64,000 bases of DNA from Alphaproteobacteria bacterium (GCA_965232515.1 CBDDPY010000002.1:1376001-1440000), one strand, 5' to 3'; counted from the first letter of the stretch, positions 47,408 through 60,303 are shown. The notes: generated by a model not told the origin, from the letters alone. A program made the numbers and translations.

Positions 47408-48724
47408 CTATTGGCCCGCGAAGGCCGCAGCAAGGTTCGCGGGATCGTAGAGAGAGCTGGCGACGGCAGCCTCCAAAACCGGGCGGTCATCGCGCATCCT
47501 GAGGCGTAACGCGGCGAGCCTCTCACGCGCCGCCGGCGCCTCGCCCGACTCCACCAGCCGGCCAATGGCGGCGATGTCGCGCGACCAGCCGATCAGGCGC
47601 ACCCGGATATCGGCGTTACCGCCGCCGGTGAAGCGCTCGTGGATAAGGCCGACCTGATGGCGGATCGCCGGCGTCAGGAAGGCCGCCAGCGGCGCATCCT
47701 CGTCGTCGACAGCGAAGTCGAACAGCGTCAGAAACGCCGTCACGTCATCGAGATCGGCCGCCAGCGTGACGGGTATTTCCGGCTCGTCCACGGCGCCGAT
47801 GATCCTGAGATAGGCAACGAGATCGGCGATTTCGGTTTCGCCGAACGCCAACTCGAACAGCTCGTCGAAGTGCCGGACGGTTGCGGCCAGGTCAGGCATC
47901 CGGCCGTCGTGGAAGAACGGCGCCGATATGCTCGTATTCAGCAGGCTGGGCGTCGAAAACAAACCGCCCGTGCCGACGTCGTGCACCCGACTATCGGCGA
48001 AGGCCTGGGTTGGCTGGTGGCAGGCGGCGCAACTGAGCGATGGCGTCTTCGCGAACGGCCGATGAAATAGCGCTTCGCCCCGACGGGCGGTAGCGGGCGC
48101 ATCGGCCGTCAGTCGGCCGTCCGCCGTCAATGTCGGGCCCGGCGCGAAATCGAGCTGGCGCATATAGGCGACAAGCGCGTCGAGCAGCCAGCCGTCGGGG
48201 CGATCGCCCTGGAATTCATTGACGATGACGTTGCGGGTGAAGTCCTCCAATGTGCCGAACCGGCCGTCATGGCCGTAGGGCGCCGTGGCGGCGATGCCGC
48301 GCAGGCTGGGGATGTTGAGCGGATTGGCGAGCCGGTCGTCGGCCCGCGGATTGAACAGGAAGTGGCTGACATCGATATTGCCGGGCCGGTCCGACAGCTC
48401 CTCGATGAAAAAGCCCGACGCGATATGGCCGTTCGTATGACAGGTTTGGCAGCTCATGCCGTTGCGCCGGGCGAGCCCGCCCAGAACCTGGGGGGCGCGA
48501 AACGCCAGGCGCCCCAATTGCACCATGGCGGACGGTGCGCCGCCCTGGCCGACGATCCGCAGGCGTTCCTGCGGCCGGCTGCGCAAGGCGGCCGCGACAT
48601 CGCCACCGACGCGCAGCCATTGGCTGTCCGCGATCGGCCCCTGGGGCGCGCCAATCTGAGCCGACGCCGCAATCGGCGTCAGTGATACGAAGCAAAAAAG
48701 AAGCGAAATGGCGAAACGCCGCAC
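47408..48724 (-). CDS. Di-heme cytochrome c peroxidase/MauG-superfamily protein
   Basis: Signal peptide; CQTCH and CAACH; PSLRG..APYGHDG and TPSL..APFFHDG. Confidence 0.8.
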   Translation of the reverse strand: MRRFAISLLFCFVSLTPIAASAQIGAPQGPIADSQWLRVGGDVAAALRSRPQERLRIVGQGGAPSAMVQLGRLAFRAPQVLGGLARRNGMSCQTCHTNGHIASGFFIEELSDRPGNIDVSHFLFNPRADDRLANPLNIPSLRGIAATAPYGHDGRFGTLEDFTRNVIVNEFQGDRPDGWLLDALVAYMRQLDFAPGPTLTADGRLTADAPATARRGEALFHRPFAKTPSLSCAACHQPTQAFADSRVHDVGTGGLFSTPSLLNTSISAPFFHDGRMPDLAATVRHFDELFELAFGETEIADLVAYLRIIGAVDEPEIPVTLAADLDDVTAFLTLFDFAVDDEDAPLAAFLTPAIRHQVGLIHERFTGGGNADIRVRLIGWSRDIAAIGRLVESGEAPAARERLAALRLRMRDDRPVLEAAVASSLYDPANLAAAFAGQ

Positions 48725-48738
48725 GGGCCGTCCCGGAG

Positions 48739-49788
48739 CTATCCTGTCATGCGCCGGCTGACGATAGCACTGACCGGCACCAGGACGAAGCCACGATCCC
48801 GTAAGGTCGGCAGCCAGGCTTCCAGCGCCTCCAGCGTTTCGGGGTGCGGGTGGCCGATGGCGATGACATGGCCCTGTCGCAGCGCCACCCGTTCGGCCTC
48901 CTGCAACTGCCGGCGAATGTCCTCCGTCGACACGTGATGATCGAGGAAGATGTCGCGGGTCGCCGTCGGCACGCCGCTTTCGCGCGCCACTTGGCCGGCC
49001 ACGGAACCGACACTGGTGATTGAATCCAGGAACAGCAGCCCCCGGTTCTTCAGCTCGCGCATAACAGGCCGCATGTGGTCGGACGATGCCGTGAAACGGC
49101 TGCCCATATGGTTGTTGATGCCGACATAGCCGGAAAACTGAGACAGGTTCCAGTTCAGGCGCCGGGAACGTTCGGCGTAGGGCAGATCGACCAGTAGCGC
49201 GTTCGGCCCGGGATCTTTTTCCGCGCTTTCCGGCTCCATCGGCATGTGCACCAGCAGCTCGTGCCCGGATTCGCGCGCTTCGGCCGCCAATGTCGGCAGG
49301 GTCCTGCCGTACGGCAGGAGCGCGATCGTGATGGGGCCCTGAAGGGCAAAGCTGCGTCGGGCCCGCGCCCTGTTCAGACCGACATCGTCAAGAACGATGG
49401 CAATCATCGGCCGGTCGCCGATGTCCGGTGCGACGGCCGCAAATCGTTTCCACGTCGGCAAATCGGCGCTTTCCGGCACCGGTGCTGCGATTTCCGGTGG
49501 TTCGGGCACTGTTAGCGGCGTGTTAATCCGCGGCGCGGAAGTTGGCGGCGGGTTCGGCGCTGCGATTTCGGCGGGCTCGGGCACCGGCGCGACAACGCGC
49601 GGCTGGGTGAGAGGCGGGATGACCATTCGCGCCGATGGCGCGAGTTCGGGGACAGCATCGGTGCGCGCGATGGCGTGCGCGGTGCTTTCGTCGACCGGCG
49701 GCGCGAGCAGCCAAGTACCGCCGGCGATCAGCAGACCCGCCGTAAAGCCAGCGACCGAGATCAGCACCGATTGCACCAACGCCCGCAT
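48739..49788 (-). CDS. Divergent polysaccharide deacetylase (YibQ family)
   Basis: TM + Pro-rich linker; IAIVLDDVG, HMPMEP, NNHMGSRF, RDIFLD, IGHPHPET. Confidence 0.9.
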   Translation of the reverse strand: MRALVQSVLISVAGFTAGLLIAGGTWLLAPPVDESTAHAIARTDAVPELAPSARMVIPPLTQPRVVAPVPEPAEIAAPNPPPTSAPRINTPLTVPEPPEIAAPVPESADLPTWKRFAAVAPDIGDRPMIAIVLDDVGLNRARARRSFALQGPITIALLPYGRTLPTLAAEARESGHELLVHMPMEPESAEKDPGPNALLVDLPYAERSRRLNWNLSQFSGYVGINNHMGSRFTASSDHMRPVMRELKNRGLLFLDSITSVGSVAGQVARESGVPTATRDIFLDHHVSTEDIRRQLQEAERVALRQGHVIAIGHPHPETLEALEAWLPTLRDRGFVLVPVSAIVSRRMTG

Positions 49789-49984
49789 CCTCCGTCTTGC
49801 AGCCCGGCGGCTCCGTGATCTGCGGCGGACACGGCTGATTGAGATGCCACCCGTCAGAGTCGCCTCCTTTTGCGCTCGCTTTACGGTTTCTGCGGTGAGT
49901 CGCCGTGCTGCCGACTATATCGGCGTCGCCCCAGTCATAGCCAGCGAAAGGGCCGCGACATTTTTGCGACCGATCCGTCCGCCG

Positions 49985-50374
49985 TCAGCCGCCGGCAAGG
50001 TCGTCCAGTATCGGACAGTCCGGCCGCTGGTCCCCGTGACAACGTTCAGCCAGATCGCTCAACGTCGAACGCATGGACATAAGTTCGCCGATCTTGGTGT
50101 CGATACGGTTAATGGCTTGTTCCGCAACGGCTTTGACCGCCGAACTGGCCCGGCTACGGTCATGGTAGAGCGCCAGGAGTTCACCCACCTCGCGGACCGA
50201 AAAGCCGAGCCCCCGGGCCCGGGCGATGAAGCGAAGCATATGGACATCGGCCTCGGAGAAGTCGCGATAGCCGTTCTCGGCCCGCACCGGCCGGCTGATC
50301 AGTCCGATATCCTCGTAGTAGCGGATGGTCTTCGACGGCACGCCGGACCGTGCCGCCGCCTGGCCGATATTCAT
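49985..50374 (-). CDS. cueR: Cu(I)-responsive MerR regulator
   Basis: MNIGQAA..TIRYYE, ARGLGFS, C-terminal CHGDQRPDCPIL. Confidence 0.92.
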   Translation of the reverse strand: MNIGQAAARSGVPSKTIRYYEDIGLISRPVRAENGYRDFSEADVHMLRFIARARGLGFSVREVGELLALYHDRSRASSAVKAVAEQAINRIDTKIGELMSMRSTLSDLAERCHGDQRPDCPILDDLAGG

Positions 50375-50433
50375 AGGCTTTCCCGCTCCCGCGTCGCCAT
50401 ACAGCGCCGACCACGCCCTGACCGACGTCTCCC

Positions 50434-50465
50434 ATATATGAAGTTTCTGGTGACTGGAAGGTCAA
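50434..50465 (-). promoter_or_regulatory. MerR-type promoter with CueR operator
   Basis: Minus strand TTGACC-TTCCAGTCACCAGAAACTT (19 bp)-CATATAT; ACCTTCC half-site. Confidence 0.7.
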
Positions 50466-50580
50466 GGCCGAGACGGCCGGCCCCCTCCCCCTTGACGCGG
50501 CTGGCATTGCCCTGTTTGCTGCCGGCCGAGGTGCGGGATCGCGGTGTCCGACAGGGGCCGGCGCCGGAGGGAGGGCTGCC

Positions 50581-51624
50581 ATGGCAGCACAAGCGGAAGA
50601 TTTCAAATCGCTGATCGGCCTGGTCGCGGCCGGCAAGACGCTGAGCGTCGAGCAGGCGCATCACGCCTTCGACATCATGATGTCGGGCGACGCCACGCCA
50701 TCGCAGATGGGCGCCTTCCTGATGGGGCTGCGGTTGCGCGGCGAGACCGTCGCCGAAATCACCGGCGGCGTGATGACCATGCGGGACAAGATGACCCGTC
50801 TGGACGCGCCAGCCGATGCCATCGATATCGTCGGCACCGGCGGCGACGCCACCGGCACCTACAATATCTCCACGGCGGCGGCCCTGGTCACGGCCGCCTG
50901 CGGCGTCAATATCGCCAAGCACGGCAATCGGGCCGCCTCGTCCAAGTCGGGCGCGGCCGACGTGCTGACGGCGCTGGGCGTCAACATCGACGCGGATTTC
51001 CCCCTGCTCCGCCAGGCCGCGCACGAGGCGGGCATCTGCTTCATGATGGCGCCGCGCCACCACGGCGCCATGCGCAATGTCGGGCCGACGCGGATCGAGC
51101 TGGGGACGCGGACGATCTTCAACCTGCTGGGCCCGATGTCCAACCCCGCCGGCGTCAAGCGGCAGCTGATCGGCGTGTTCGCGCGCGAGTGGATCCTGCC
51201 CATGGCCGAGACCCTGAAGACGCTGGGCTCGGAGAAGATCTGGGTGGTGCATGGATCGGACGGCACCGACGAGCTGACCACAACGGGTCCGTCCTACGTG
51301 GCGGCGCTGGATGGCGGCGAGATCCGTGAGTTCGAGGTGACGCCGGCCGACGCCGGCCTGCCGACGGCGAGCCTGGAGGATCTGAAGGGCGGCGACGCCG
51401 AGCACAACGCCGCGGCCCTGCGCGGCGTGCTGGCGGGCGACGCCAGCCCCTACCGGGATATCGTGGTCTACAACACCGCCGCGGCATTGGTCGTGGCCGA
51501 CCGGGCGTCGAACCTTAGAGAAGGTGTCGCCAAGGCCGCCGACGCCATTGACACCGGCGCGGCGACCGCCAAGTTGGAAAAGCTGATCGAGATCACCAAC
51601 CGGACCGTTCCGGAGGGCAAATGA
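50581..51624 (+). CDS. trpD: Anthranilate phosphoribosyltransferase
   Basis: [33 protein letters not shown]. Confidence 0.96.
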   Translation: MAAQAEDFKSLIGLVAAGKTLSVEQAHHAFDIMMSGDATPSQMGAFLMGLRLRGETVAEITGGVMTMRDKMTRLDAPADAIDIVGTGGDATGTYNISTAAALVTAACGVNIAKHGNRAASSKSGAADVLTALGVNIDADFPLLRQAAHEAGICFMMAPRHHGAMRNVGPTRIELGTRTIFNLLGPMSNPAGVKRQLIGVFAREWILPMAETLKTLGSEKIWVVHGSDGTDELTTTGPSYVAALDGGEIREFEVTPADAGLPTASLEDLKGGDAEHNAAALRGVLAGDASPYRDIVVYNTAAALVVADRASNLREGVAKAADAIDTGAATAKLEKLIEITNRTVPEGK

Positions 51625-52433
51625 GCGACGTGCTCACCCGGATCTGCGACGACAAGCGCCGGAATGTCGCCGCCCGCAAGACACGGCGCCCGCTCGCCGA
51701 CGTCGATGCGGCGGCCAGGGCGGCCTCGCCCGTACGCGGCTTCGCCGACCGTCTGCGCGCCGCCGTCGCCGACGGCCGGCACGGCCTGATCGCCGAGATC
51801 AAAAAGGCCTCGCCGTCGAAGGGGCTGATCCGGGCGGACTTCGATCCCCCGGCGCTGGCCCGCGCGTATCAGGCCGGCGGGGCAAGCTGTCTGTCCGTGC
51901 TGACGGACGAGCCCTATTTCCAAGGCCACGACGACTATCTGGTCGCGGCCCGCGCCGCCGTCGATCTGCCGGTGCTGCGCAAGGATTTCATGCTTGAGCC
52001 TTACCAGATCGCCGAAGCCCGGGCGCTGGGCGCCGACTGCATACTGCTGATCCTGGCGGCGCTCGACGACGCCGAGGCGGTCGAACTGGAAGCGGCCGCC
52101 TCGGACTGGGGCATGGATGTCCTGGTCGAGGTCCACGACGCCGAGGAAATGCGGCGCGCGCTCAGGCTGAACAGTGCATTGATCGGGATAAACAATCGCA
52201 ATCTCAAAACGTTAGAGGTCGATATTGCGACAACGGAAGAACTGGCATCGATGCTGCCCGATAACGCCCTCGGGGTAAGCGAGAGCGGTCTCTACACCAC
52301 CGCCGACCTCGATCGCATGCGTCACGCCGGCTGTCCCTGCTTCCTGGTCGGGGAGTCCCTGATGCGCCAGACCGACGTAACGGCGGCGACGGCGGCGTTG
52401 CTGGGCGCCGAGCCGGCGGCGCGAATGGCCTAA
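51621..52433 (+). CDS. trpC: Indole-3-glycerol phosphate synthase
   Basis: [24 protein letters not shown]. Confidence 0.96.
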   Translation: MSDVLTRICDDKRRNVAARKTRRPLADVDAAARAASPVRGFADRLRAAVADGRHGLIAEIKKASPSKGLIRADFDPPALARAYQAGGASCLSVLTDEPYFQGHDDYLVAARAAVDLPVLRKDFMLEPYQIAEARALGADCILLILAALDDAEAVELEAAASDWGMDVLVEVHDAEEMRRALRLNSALIGINNRNLKTLEVDIATTEELASMLPDNALGVSESGLYTTADLDRMRHAGCPCFLVGESLMRQTDVTAATAALLGAEPAARMA

Positions 52434-52437
52434 CGGC

Positions 52438-52914
52438 ATGACCGAGTTCACGCATTTCGACGACAGCGGCAACGCCCGCATGGTCGACGTCTCCGACAAG
52501 GAGGTGACGGAACGGACCGCGACCGCGGCCGGCCGGGTGCTGATGCAGCCGGCGACGCTGGCGCTCATCCGCGACGGCGGCGTCAAGAAGGGCGACGTGC
52601 TGCAGGTCGCGCGGCTGGCCGGCATCATGGCGGCGAAGCGCACCGCCGATCTGATCCCGCTCTGCCATCCGCTGGCCCTGACCTCGGTCGAGGTCGATCT
52701 CGCCTGCAACGAGGCCGACAACGCCGTCGACATCACCGCGACCTGCAAGCTGAAGGGCCGCACCGGGGTCGAGATGGAGGCCCTGACCGCGGTCAGCGTC
52801 GCCGCCCTCACCGTCTACGACATGTGCAAGGCCGTCGATCGCGGCATGCGGGTCGAGCAGGTGCGGCTCACGCACAAGGCCGGCGGCAAGTCCGGCGACT
52901 TCCAGGCGGCTTAG
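52438..52914 (+). CDS. moaC: Cyclic pyranopterin monophosphate synthase
   Basis: [21 protein letters not shown]. Confidence 0.96.
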   Translation: MTEFTHFDDSGNARMVDVSDKEVTERTATAAGRVLMQPATLALIRDGGVKKGDVLQVARLAGIMAAKRTADLIPLCHPLALTSVEVDLACNEADNAVDITATCKLKGRTGVEMEALTAVSVAALTVYDMCKAVDRGMRVEQVRLTHKAGGKSGDFQAA

Positions 52915-52921
52915 TCTCGGC

Positions 52922-54118
52922 ATGATCTCGGTCAACGAGGCGCTGACGCAGATCCTTGCCGATTTGCCGCTTATGCCCTCCGAAACGGTCAGCGTCGCCG
53001 ACGCGCTCGGTCGCGTGCTGGCGGCCGACGTGGTGGCCCGGGTCACGCAACCGCCGGCCGATGTCTCGGCCATGGACGGCTACGCCGTGCGTGCCGCCGA
53101 TGTGACCGATGTGCCGGCGACCCTGCGGCAGATCGGCGTGGCCCCCGCGGGCGACGCTTTCCCCGGACAGGTGGGGCCGGGCGAGGCCGTGCGGATCTTC
53201 ACCGGCGGACCGGTGCCCGACGGCGCGGACGCGATCGTGATTCAGGAAGACGTGGACGCCGACGGCGACGACATCACGGTGCGCGAGGGCGCGTCGGCCG
53301 GACGCTACGTCCGCAAACGGGGCCTCGATTTCAGCGCGGGCGAAGTCGGCCTCGAATCCGGGCGCCGGCTGTCGCCGCCCGATATCGGCCTCGCCGCGGC
53401 CATGAACGTGCCCTGGCTGGAGGTGCGGCGGCGGCCGCGCGTGGCGCTGCTGGCGACGGGCGACGAGATCGTCCGCCCCGGCGAGGCCATCGGGCCGAAC
53501 CAGATCGTCAGCTCGAACAGCCTGGCCATGGCGGCGCTTGTGCGGCGCTGTGGCGGCGAGCCGGTGGATCTGGGCATCGCCCGCGACAACGAAGCTTCGC
53601 TGAAGGCGCTCGCCGCGGGCGCACAGGGCGCCGACATGCTGGTGACGCTGGGCGGCGCATCGGTGGGCGAGCACGATCTGGTGCGCAAGGTGCTGGGCGA
53701 TCAGGGCCTGGACCTGGCGTTCTGGCGCATCGCCATGCGGCCGGGCAAGCCGCTGATGTTCGGCCGCCTCGGCGGCACCGTGATGATGGGCATGCCGGGC
53801 AATCCGGTCTCCTCGCTCGTCTGCGGCATGATCTTCCTGCGGCCGGCGATCGACCGGATGCTGGGCCGGCCGGCGGGACCCGCACAACGTGATTCGGCCC
53901 GATTGGGGCGCGATCTGGCGGAGAACGACCGGCGGGAAGACTATCTTCGGGCCGTCCTTGGCCGGAATGACGATGGCGATCTCGTGGCGACGCCATTCGA
54001 CGTTCAGGACAGTTCCATGCTCTCCCGCCTGTCGAAAGCGGACTGCCTTATCGTCCGCCCTCCGCATGCGCCGCCGGCGAATACGGGTGATCGCATCGAG
54101 ATTATTAGGCTCGACTAA
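52922..54118 (+). CDS. moeA: Molybdopterin molybdotransferase
   Basis: SAMDGYAV, TGDE, GGASVG, PGKP, PGNP, QDS. Confidence 0.95.
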   Translation: MISVNEALTQILADLPLMPSETVSVADALGRVLAADVVARVTQPPADVSAMDGYAVRAADVTDVPATLRQIGVAPAGDAFPGQVGPGEAVRIFTGGPVPDGADAIVIQEDVDADGDDITVREGASAGRYVRKRGLDFSAGEVGLESGRRLSPPDIGLAAAMNVPWLEVRRRPRVALLATGDEIVRPGEAIGPNQIVSSNSLAMAALVRRCGGEPVDLGIARDNEASLKALAAGAQGADMLVTLGGASVGEHDLVRKVLGDQGLDLAFWRIAMRPGKPLMFGRLGGTVMMGMPGNPVSSLVCGMIFLRPAIDRMLGRPAGPAQRDSARLGRDLAENDRREDYLRAVLGRNDDGDLVATPFDVQDSSMLSRLSKADCLIVRPPHAPPANTGDRIEIIRLD

Positions 54119-54178
54119 CGGATATTTGCGCTGCCTCAAGTCAAGGCGCGCATCCGCGCAAGAAATGGCGCTTGACTG

Positions 54179-54201
54179 GAACCAAACTGGAACATATGTT
54201 C
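54179..54201. promoter_or_regulatory. LexA (SOS) box upstream of lexA
   Basis: GAAC-N7-GAAC (54179-54193), the alphaproteobacterial box, overlapping GAACATATGTTC (54190-54201); TTGACT at 54172. Confidence 0.8.
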
Positions 54202-54241
54202 ACGTTTAGGTTCCATTTTCGCCACACTCGGGAGCGTTCGG

Positions 54242-54937
54242 ATGTTGACCAAGAAGCAGCACGAGCTTCTACATTTCATCAATCAGCGCCTTCAAGCCAC
54301 GGGCATATCGCCGTCTTTCGACGAAATGAAGGAAGCGCTCGGCCTGAAGTCCAAGTCCGGCATCCACCGGTTGATCACGGCGCTCGAGGAGCGCGGCTTC
54401 ATCCATCGCCTACCCCATCGGGCCCGGGCGCTCGAGGTGCTGAAACTGCCGGAATCGGCGATCGCCGGCAACCGTCGGGAGTTCCGGCCCAGCGTCGTCC
54501 GCGGCGGTCTCAGCGCCCACACCGGTGCACGGCCGGTGGACAACGATACCGGCGATGTCGTCAGCCTGCCGCTCTATGGCCGGATCGCCGCCGGCGCACC
54601 GATCGAGGCGCTGAGCGACCCCAGCAACGCCACCGACGTACCGGCCAGCATGCTGGGCAATGGCGAACACTTCGCGCTCGAAGTCGACGGTGATTCCATG
54701 GTCGACGCCGGCATCCTGCATGGCGACGTGGCCGTCATCGAGCGGACGGAGAGCGCCGAGAACGGCACCATCGTGGTGGCGCTGGTCGATTCCCAGGAGG
54801 CGACGCTGAAACGGCTGCGCCGCCGGGGAAATTCCGTCGCTTTGGAGCCGGCCAACAAGCGCTATGAAACCCGCATCTTCCCGCCCGACCGAGTGAAGAT
54901 TCAGGGCCGCCTCGTCGGCTTGATGCGTCGGTATTAA
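54242..54937 (+). CDS. lexA: SOS repressor LexA
   Basis: [19 protein letters not shown] cleavage site, GDSM, TLK. Confidence 0.97.
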   Translation: MLTKKQHELLHFINQRLQATGISPSFDEMKEALGLKSKSGIHRLITALEERGFIHRLPHRARALEVLKLPESAIAGNRREFRPSVVRGGLSAHTGARPVDNDTGDVVSLPLYGRIAAGAPIEALSDPSNATDVPASMLGNGEHFALEVDGDSMVDAGILHGDVAVIERTESAENGTIVVALVDSQEATLKRLRRRGNSVALEPANKRYETRIFPPDRVKIQGRLVGLMRRY

Positions 54938-57090
54938 TCGGCGTCGGCCGTTCGGCTGGCGAATATCGACCAGGGCCGGTCGCCGCGAACCTCAGCCACG
55001 CTCAGGCTTCGCGGCGCGCCGTTATCGAGCCATATGGCGTGGGCGCCGCGGCGCCATAGGTCGAACCGGTCGATGACCAGTTGCGCCGACGGACAGGTGC
55101 CGCGCACCGGCACGGCCGCGACCACGATATCGGCGCGGCGGCAATCTTCGGCAATGGCGCGCGGGTCCTTAACATAGGCAATGGTCGCCCCGTCGATGGC
55201 GGCGATGCAGCCGACCAGATCGCATTGAAATTTGCCATTTGCCGTCGCCGAGACGCCGGCACGGCGCAGCCAGGTCTCCGGCGTGAAGCCGTCGCTGCGT
55301 TTGCGGGTCAAGTGCAGCTCTCCCGTGCCATCCTTGACCGCGGCGAGCTTTCCTTCGGCATCGATCAGAATGTCGGGCGGCCGGGCAAGGATAGCCAGCA
55401 ATGGGCCGATCAGCGCCACCGGCAGCCCAAGCCAGCGCCATCCACGTCGCCAAAGGCACAGCCAGAGCCCGCCGAGCGCCACCACGGCCAGCGCCGGCGG
55501 CGGCGCCGATGGCAGCAGGTGCACGGCGCCCGGCCAGGCCGCCACGGTCTCGGCCGCGGCGATCACCAGATCGATACCCCACCCCATGGCGCCGAGTGCA
55601 AGCCCCTCCAGGCCGAACGGCAGCAGCACGAAGGCCAACACCGCCCATGGCATGATCCAAAAGCCCATCAGCGGCACGGCGACCAGGTTCGCGGCGAGCG
55701 CGTAGTGTACGACCCGGTTGAAGTGATAGAGCGCGAACGGCGTCGTCGCCAGGCTGGCGATCACGGTGGTCAGCGAAACTCCACCGACGTAGAGCATCAC
55801 CCGACGATGCAGGCCGGCATTCGACCGCCAGGCCGTGAACCGGCCACGCAGCGCCTCGTAGCCGGCAATCAGGGCGACAACGGCGGCGAACGACATCTGA
55901 AAGCTGACCGACAGCAGGCTTTCGGGCGTCAGCAACAGGATCAGCCCCGCGGCCCAGGCGACCAGACGCATCGACAACGCGCTGCGGTCCAGCATGACCG
56001 CCAGCAATACCAGCGCGGTCATGAGGAAGGCCCGCTGGGTCGGCACTGTCGCGCCGGACAGCAGGAGATAACCTGCCGCCGCAAATAGCGCCGCCACGGC
56101 GGCCCATTTCTTGATCGGATAGCGGAGCGCCACGGGCTCAATCATGGCCAGCATGCCGCGGCAGGCGAAGAAGACGATGCCCGCCACCATGCCGATATGC
56201 AGACCCGATATCGCCAGCAGGTGGGCTAAGCCCGAATCCCGCATGGCATCCAGCACATGTTCGGGGATGGCCCCCCGATCGCCCGTCATCAGGGCTGCCG
56301 CGACGGCGCCCGACGAACCCGGCAACGCAGTTCGCACCCGGTCGGCAATCGCTTGACGCAGGCCGGCGACACGCGCGCTCCAACTCACCGACGCCGCGTC
56401 CGATGGCGGCGCCAGGATTCGTGGCGCCGAAACCGCGTAGCCGACGGCGCCCAGCCGCTGAAACCAGGCCCGGCGGGCGAAATCGAACGCGCCGGGCGCG
56501 GCCGGTCCAGGCGGCGGCAGCAGGACGGCGCGCAAGGTCAGCCAATCGCCGGCCACCACCACGTCACCCGCCGCCGACCGCACCACGACACGCACCCGAT
56601 GAGGTGTTTTCTCGGTGGCCAGCCGGTCGATGCCGAGGTCCTCGAGCGTCAGTCGCCGCCCGGTGGGTCGGGCCTCGACCGCAACGACCCGACCCGAGAC
56701 CGCCACCGGTCCCAGACGCTTCGACTGCACCGGCGCGGCAACGGTTTCCGTACGCCACTGCGCGGCCGAGAAGCCAAGCCAGATCATCGCCCCGGCGATC
56801 AGGATGAGGGACAATGACGGCCGCGACCGGCAAATGAGCCAGACGCCTGCCGTTATGGCCATGCCGACGATGCCCAGCCAAGTCGGCGGCTCGGTGGCCA
56901 GGCTGAAATAGACCGCGATGCCGATGCCGATCAGCACAGGCAACCATAGCGGCCAACGCTCGCGCTCGGACAGGAACAGAGACAGCAGCGTGCGGATTGC
57001 CCGACCTGGGCGGACCGTCGCTGGCCCGGCTGCAAGCCCTCCCTGACGGTCCACCACGGCCTTCCCCCCACCGGTCGCAACACGGGCCAC
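54934..57090 (-). CDS. comEC: ComEC/Rec2 competence protein
   Basis: [18 protein letters not shown], multi-TM; start uncertain. Confidence 0.9.
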   Translation of the reverse strand: MARVATGGGKAVVDRQGGLAAGPATVRPGRAIRTLLSLFLSERERWPLWLPVLIGIGIAVYFSLATEPPTWLGIVGMAITAGVWLICRSRPSLSLILIAGAMIWLGFSAAQWRTETVAAPVQSKRLGPVAVSGRVVAVEARPTGRRLTLEDLGIDRLATEKTPHRVRVVVRSAAGDVVVAGDWLTLRAVLLPPPGPAAPGAFDFARRAWFQRLGAVGYAVSAPRILAPPSDAASVSWSARVAGLRQAIADRVRTALPGSSGAVAAALMTGDRGAIPEHVLDAMRDSGLAHLLAISGLHIGMVAGIVFFACRGMLAMIEPVALRYPIKKWAAVAALFAAAGYLLLSGATVPTQRAFLMTALVLLAVMLDRSALSMRLVAWAAGLILLLTPESLLSVSFQMSFAAVVALIAGYEALRGRFTAWRSNAGLHRRVMLYVGGVSLTTVIASLATTPFALYHFNRVVHYALAANLVAVPLMGFWIMPWAVLAFVLLPFGLEGLALGAMGWGIDLVIAAAETVAAWPGAVHLLPSAPPPALAVVALGGLWLCLWRRGWRWLGLPVALIGPLLAILARPPDILIDAEGKLAAVKDGTGELHLTRKRSDGFTPETWLRRAGVSATANGKFQCDLVGCIAAIDGATIAYVKDPRAIAEDCRRADIVVAAVPVRGTCPSAQLVIDRFDLWRRGAHAIWLDNGAPRSLSVAEVRGDRPWSIFASRTADAD

Positions 57091-57152
57091 GATGTGCTAG
57101 ACAGACGCCCGCTTCTCGATCATCGCACAGCCGATCCCGGACAGCATACCGC

Positions 57153-58562
57153 ATGACGGTCGTCACCCGCTTCGCCCCTTCGCCGACCGGCTTTCTGCAC
57201 ATCGGCGGCGCGCGCACGGCGCTGTTCAACTGGCTGTTCGCCCGCCACCATGACGGCCGCTTCCTGCTGCGCATCGAGGACACCGATCGGGCGCGCTCCA
57301 CGGATGAGGCCATCGAGGCGATCTACGACGGTCTGCGCTGGCTCGGCCTCGACTGGGACGGAGACGCGGTCTCGCAGTTCAGCCGCGTCGAACGCCATGC
57401 CGCCGCGGTCGAGGAACTGTTGGCGGCCGACCATGCCTACCGCTGCTACTGCACCCCGGAAGAGCTGGCCGAGATGCGAACCCGCGCCCGCGAGGAGGGC
57501 CGGACCCGCCTCTATGACGGCCGCTGGCGGGACCGCGATCCGGCCGAGGCGCCGCCCGGCGTCGATCCGGTGATCCGCCTGAAAATGCCGCTCGAAGGCG
57601 AGACGACGATCGCCGATGAGGTGCAGGGCGAGGTCACGGTGCGCAACGACCAACTCGACGACATGGTGTTGCTCCGCAGCGACGGCACGCCGACTTATAT
57701 GCTTGCCGTGGTCGTCGACGACCACGATATGGGCGTCACCCACGTCATTCGCGGCGACGATCACTTCACCAACGCCTTTCGCCAGACCCAGCTGTTCCAT
57801 GCCCTGAGCTGGGAACCGCCCGTCTTCGCGCATATCCCGCTCATTCACGGACCGGACGGCGCCAAGCTCTCGAAACGCCACGGCGCGCTGGCGGTCCAGG
57901 CCTACCGCGACATGGGCTACCTGCCCGCCGCGATGCGTAATTACCTGCTGCGCCTGGGCTGGAGCCATGGCGATGACGAGATTATCTCGACGGCCCAGGC
58001 GGTCGATTGGTTCGGTCTGGAGGCCGTCGGCAAGTCCCCCGCCCGGTTCGATTTCGCCAAGCTCGAGAGCGTGAATGCCCACTACCTCAAGACGGCCGAC
58101 GATGCCGCCCTGGTCGACCTGGCGGCGCCCCTGCTGGCCGAGCGTCTCGGACATGACCCGGACGAGGCTGCCCGGGTCCGGTTGCTGGCGGCCATGCCAG
58201 CGGTGAAAGAGCGGGCGAAGACCTTGGTCGATCTGGCCGACGGCGCCTGGTTTTGCGTCGCGCCCCGGCCGCTGCAGCCGGATGAGAAGGCGGAGAAGCT
58301 GCTGACGGCGGAGTCGCGGCCGTTGCTGAGCCGTCTGGCGGACAATCTCGCCGGCATCCCTGAATGGTCGGTCGCCGCTCTCGAGGCGGTCGTCCGCGAT
58401 ACGGCAGAAACCGAAGGTGTAAAACTCGGGAAAATTGCACAACCATTGCGTGCTGCATTGACCGGACGAACCGCGTCACCGGGAATCTTTGATGTCCTGG
58501 CCGCGCTCGGGCGCGACGAGAGCCTGGGTCGGCTTGCCGACGCCGCCGGGAAATCGCGTTAA
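57153..58562 (+). CDS. gltX: Glutamate--tRNA ligase
   Basis: [25 protein letters not shown]. Confidence 0.96.
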   Translation: MTVVTRFAPSPTGFLHIGGARTALFNWLFARHHDGRFLLRIEDTDRARSTDEAIEAIYDGLRWLGLDWDGDAVSQFSRVERHAAAVEELLAADHAYRCYCTPEELAEMRTRAREEGRTRLYDGRWRDRDPAEAPPGVDPVIRLKMPLEGETTIADEVQGEVTVRNDQLDDMVLLRSDGTPTYMLAVVVDDHDMGVTHVIRGDDHFTNAFRQTQLFHALSWEPPVFAHIPLIHGPDGAKLSKRHGALAVQAYRDMGYLPAAMRNYLLRLGWSHGDDEIISTAQAVDWFGLEAVGKSPARFDFAKLESVNAHYLKTADDAALVDLAAPLLAERLGHDPDEAARVRLLAAMPAVKERAKTLVDLADGAWFCVAPRPLQPDEKAEKLLTAESRPLLSRLADNLAGIPEWSVAALEAVVRDTAETEGVKLGKIAQPLRAALTGRTASPGIFDVLAALGRDESLGRLADAAGKSR

Positions 58563-58690
58563 CCACTTGCCGGCGCCATCGGCTATAATGGCGGCAACGA
58601 GGAAAGCGTGGCGGGGGGCGTCGCCGTGGCTGAACGGCTCTGACGCTGAAACCGGCCTCAAAATGATTGCCCGCACGGGAAAGGAGCAAG

Positions 58691-59992
<1,302 letters not shown>

Positions 59993-60093
59993 TATTGCAC
60001 CGATGAACGTCGAGTCGGCCCGTCTCCACCACCGCCGTCGGCTCGACGTCAGGCAATTGCGGGGTCGCGCATCCGCGGGAGGCGAAAGCTGAG

Positions 60094-60303
60094 ATGAGCG
60101 AGAGGCTGGCACAACGCCGCATCCGGCATGCTCAACCGAGGCAGACACCACGACCGATGCTGCCGGGCGAGATCAGACGGGTCCGGATCGGCCGCCCGGC
60201 GAATGACAACAAGAACGGCTTCGCGCTTCAGATGATAAGCGTCCTGAGCGCCGCGTTGCTTCTGGTGGCCGCCGGCGTCATGGCGGTGCATTTCCTGGCC
60301 TGA
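60094..60303 (+). CDS. Small membrane-anchored hypothetical protein
   Basis: Basic N-terminus, PANDN, C-terminal TM helix; fills the gltA-gloA gap. Confidence 0.5.
   Translation: MSERLAQRRIRHAQPRQTPRPMLPGEIRRVRIGRPANDNKNGFALQMISVLSAALLLVAAGVMAVHFLA

Noticed and set aside
54198-54213. Second LexA box GTTC-N-GTTC
   Set aside because: Spacing is 8 rather than 7 bp, so only the GAAC-N7-GAAC site is reported.
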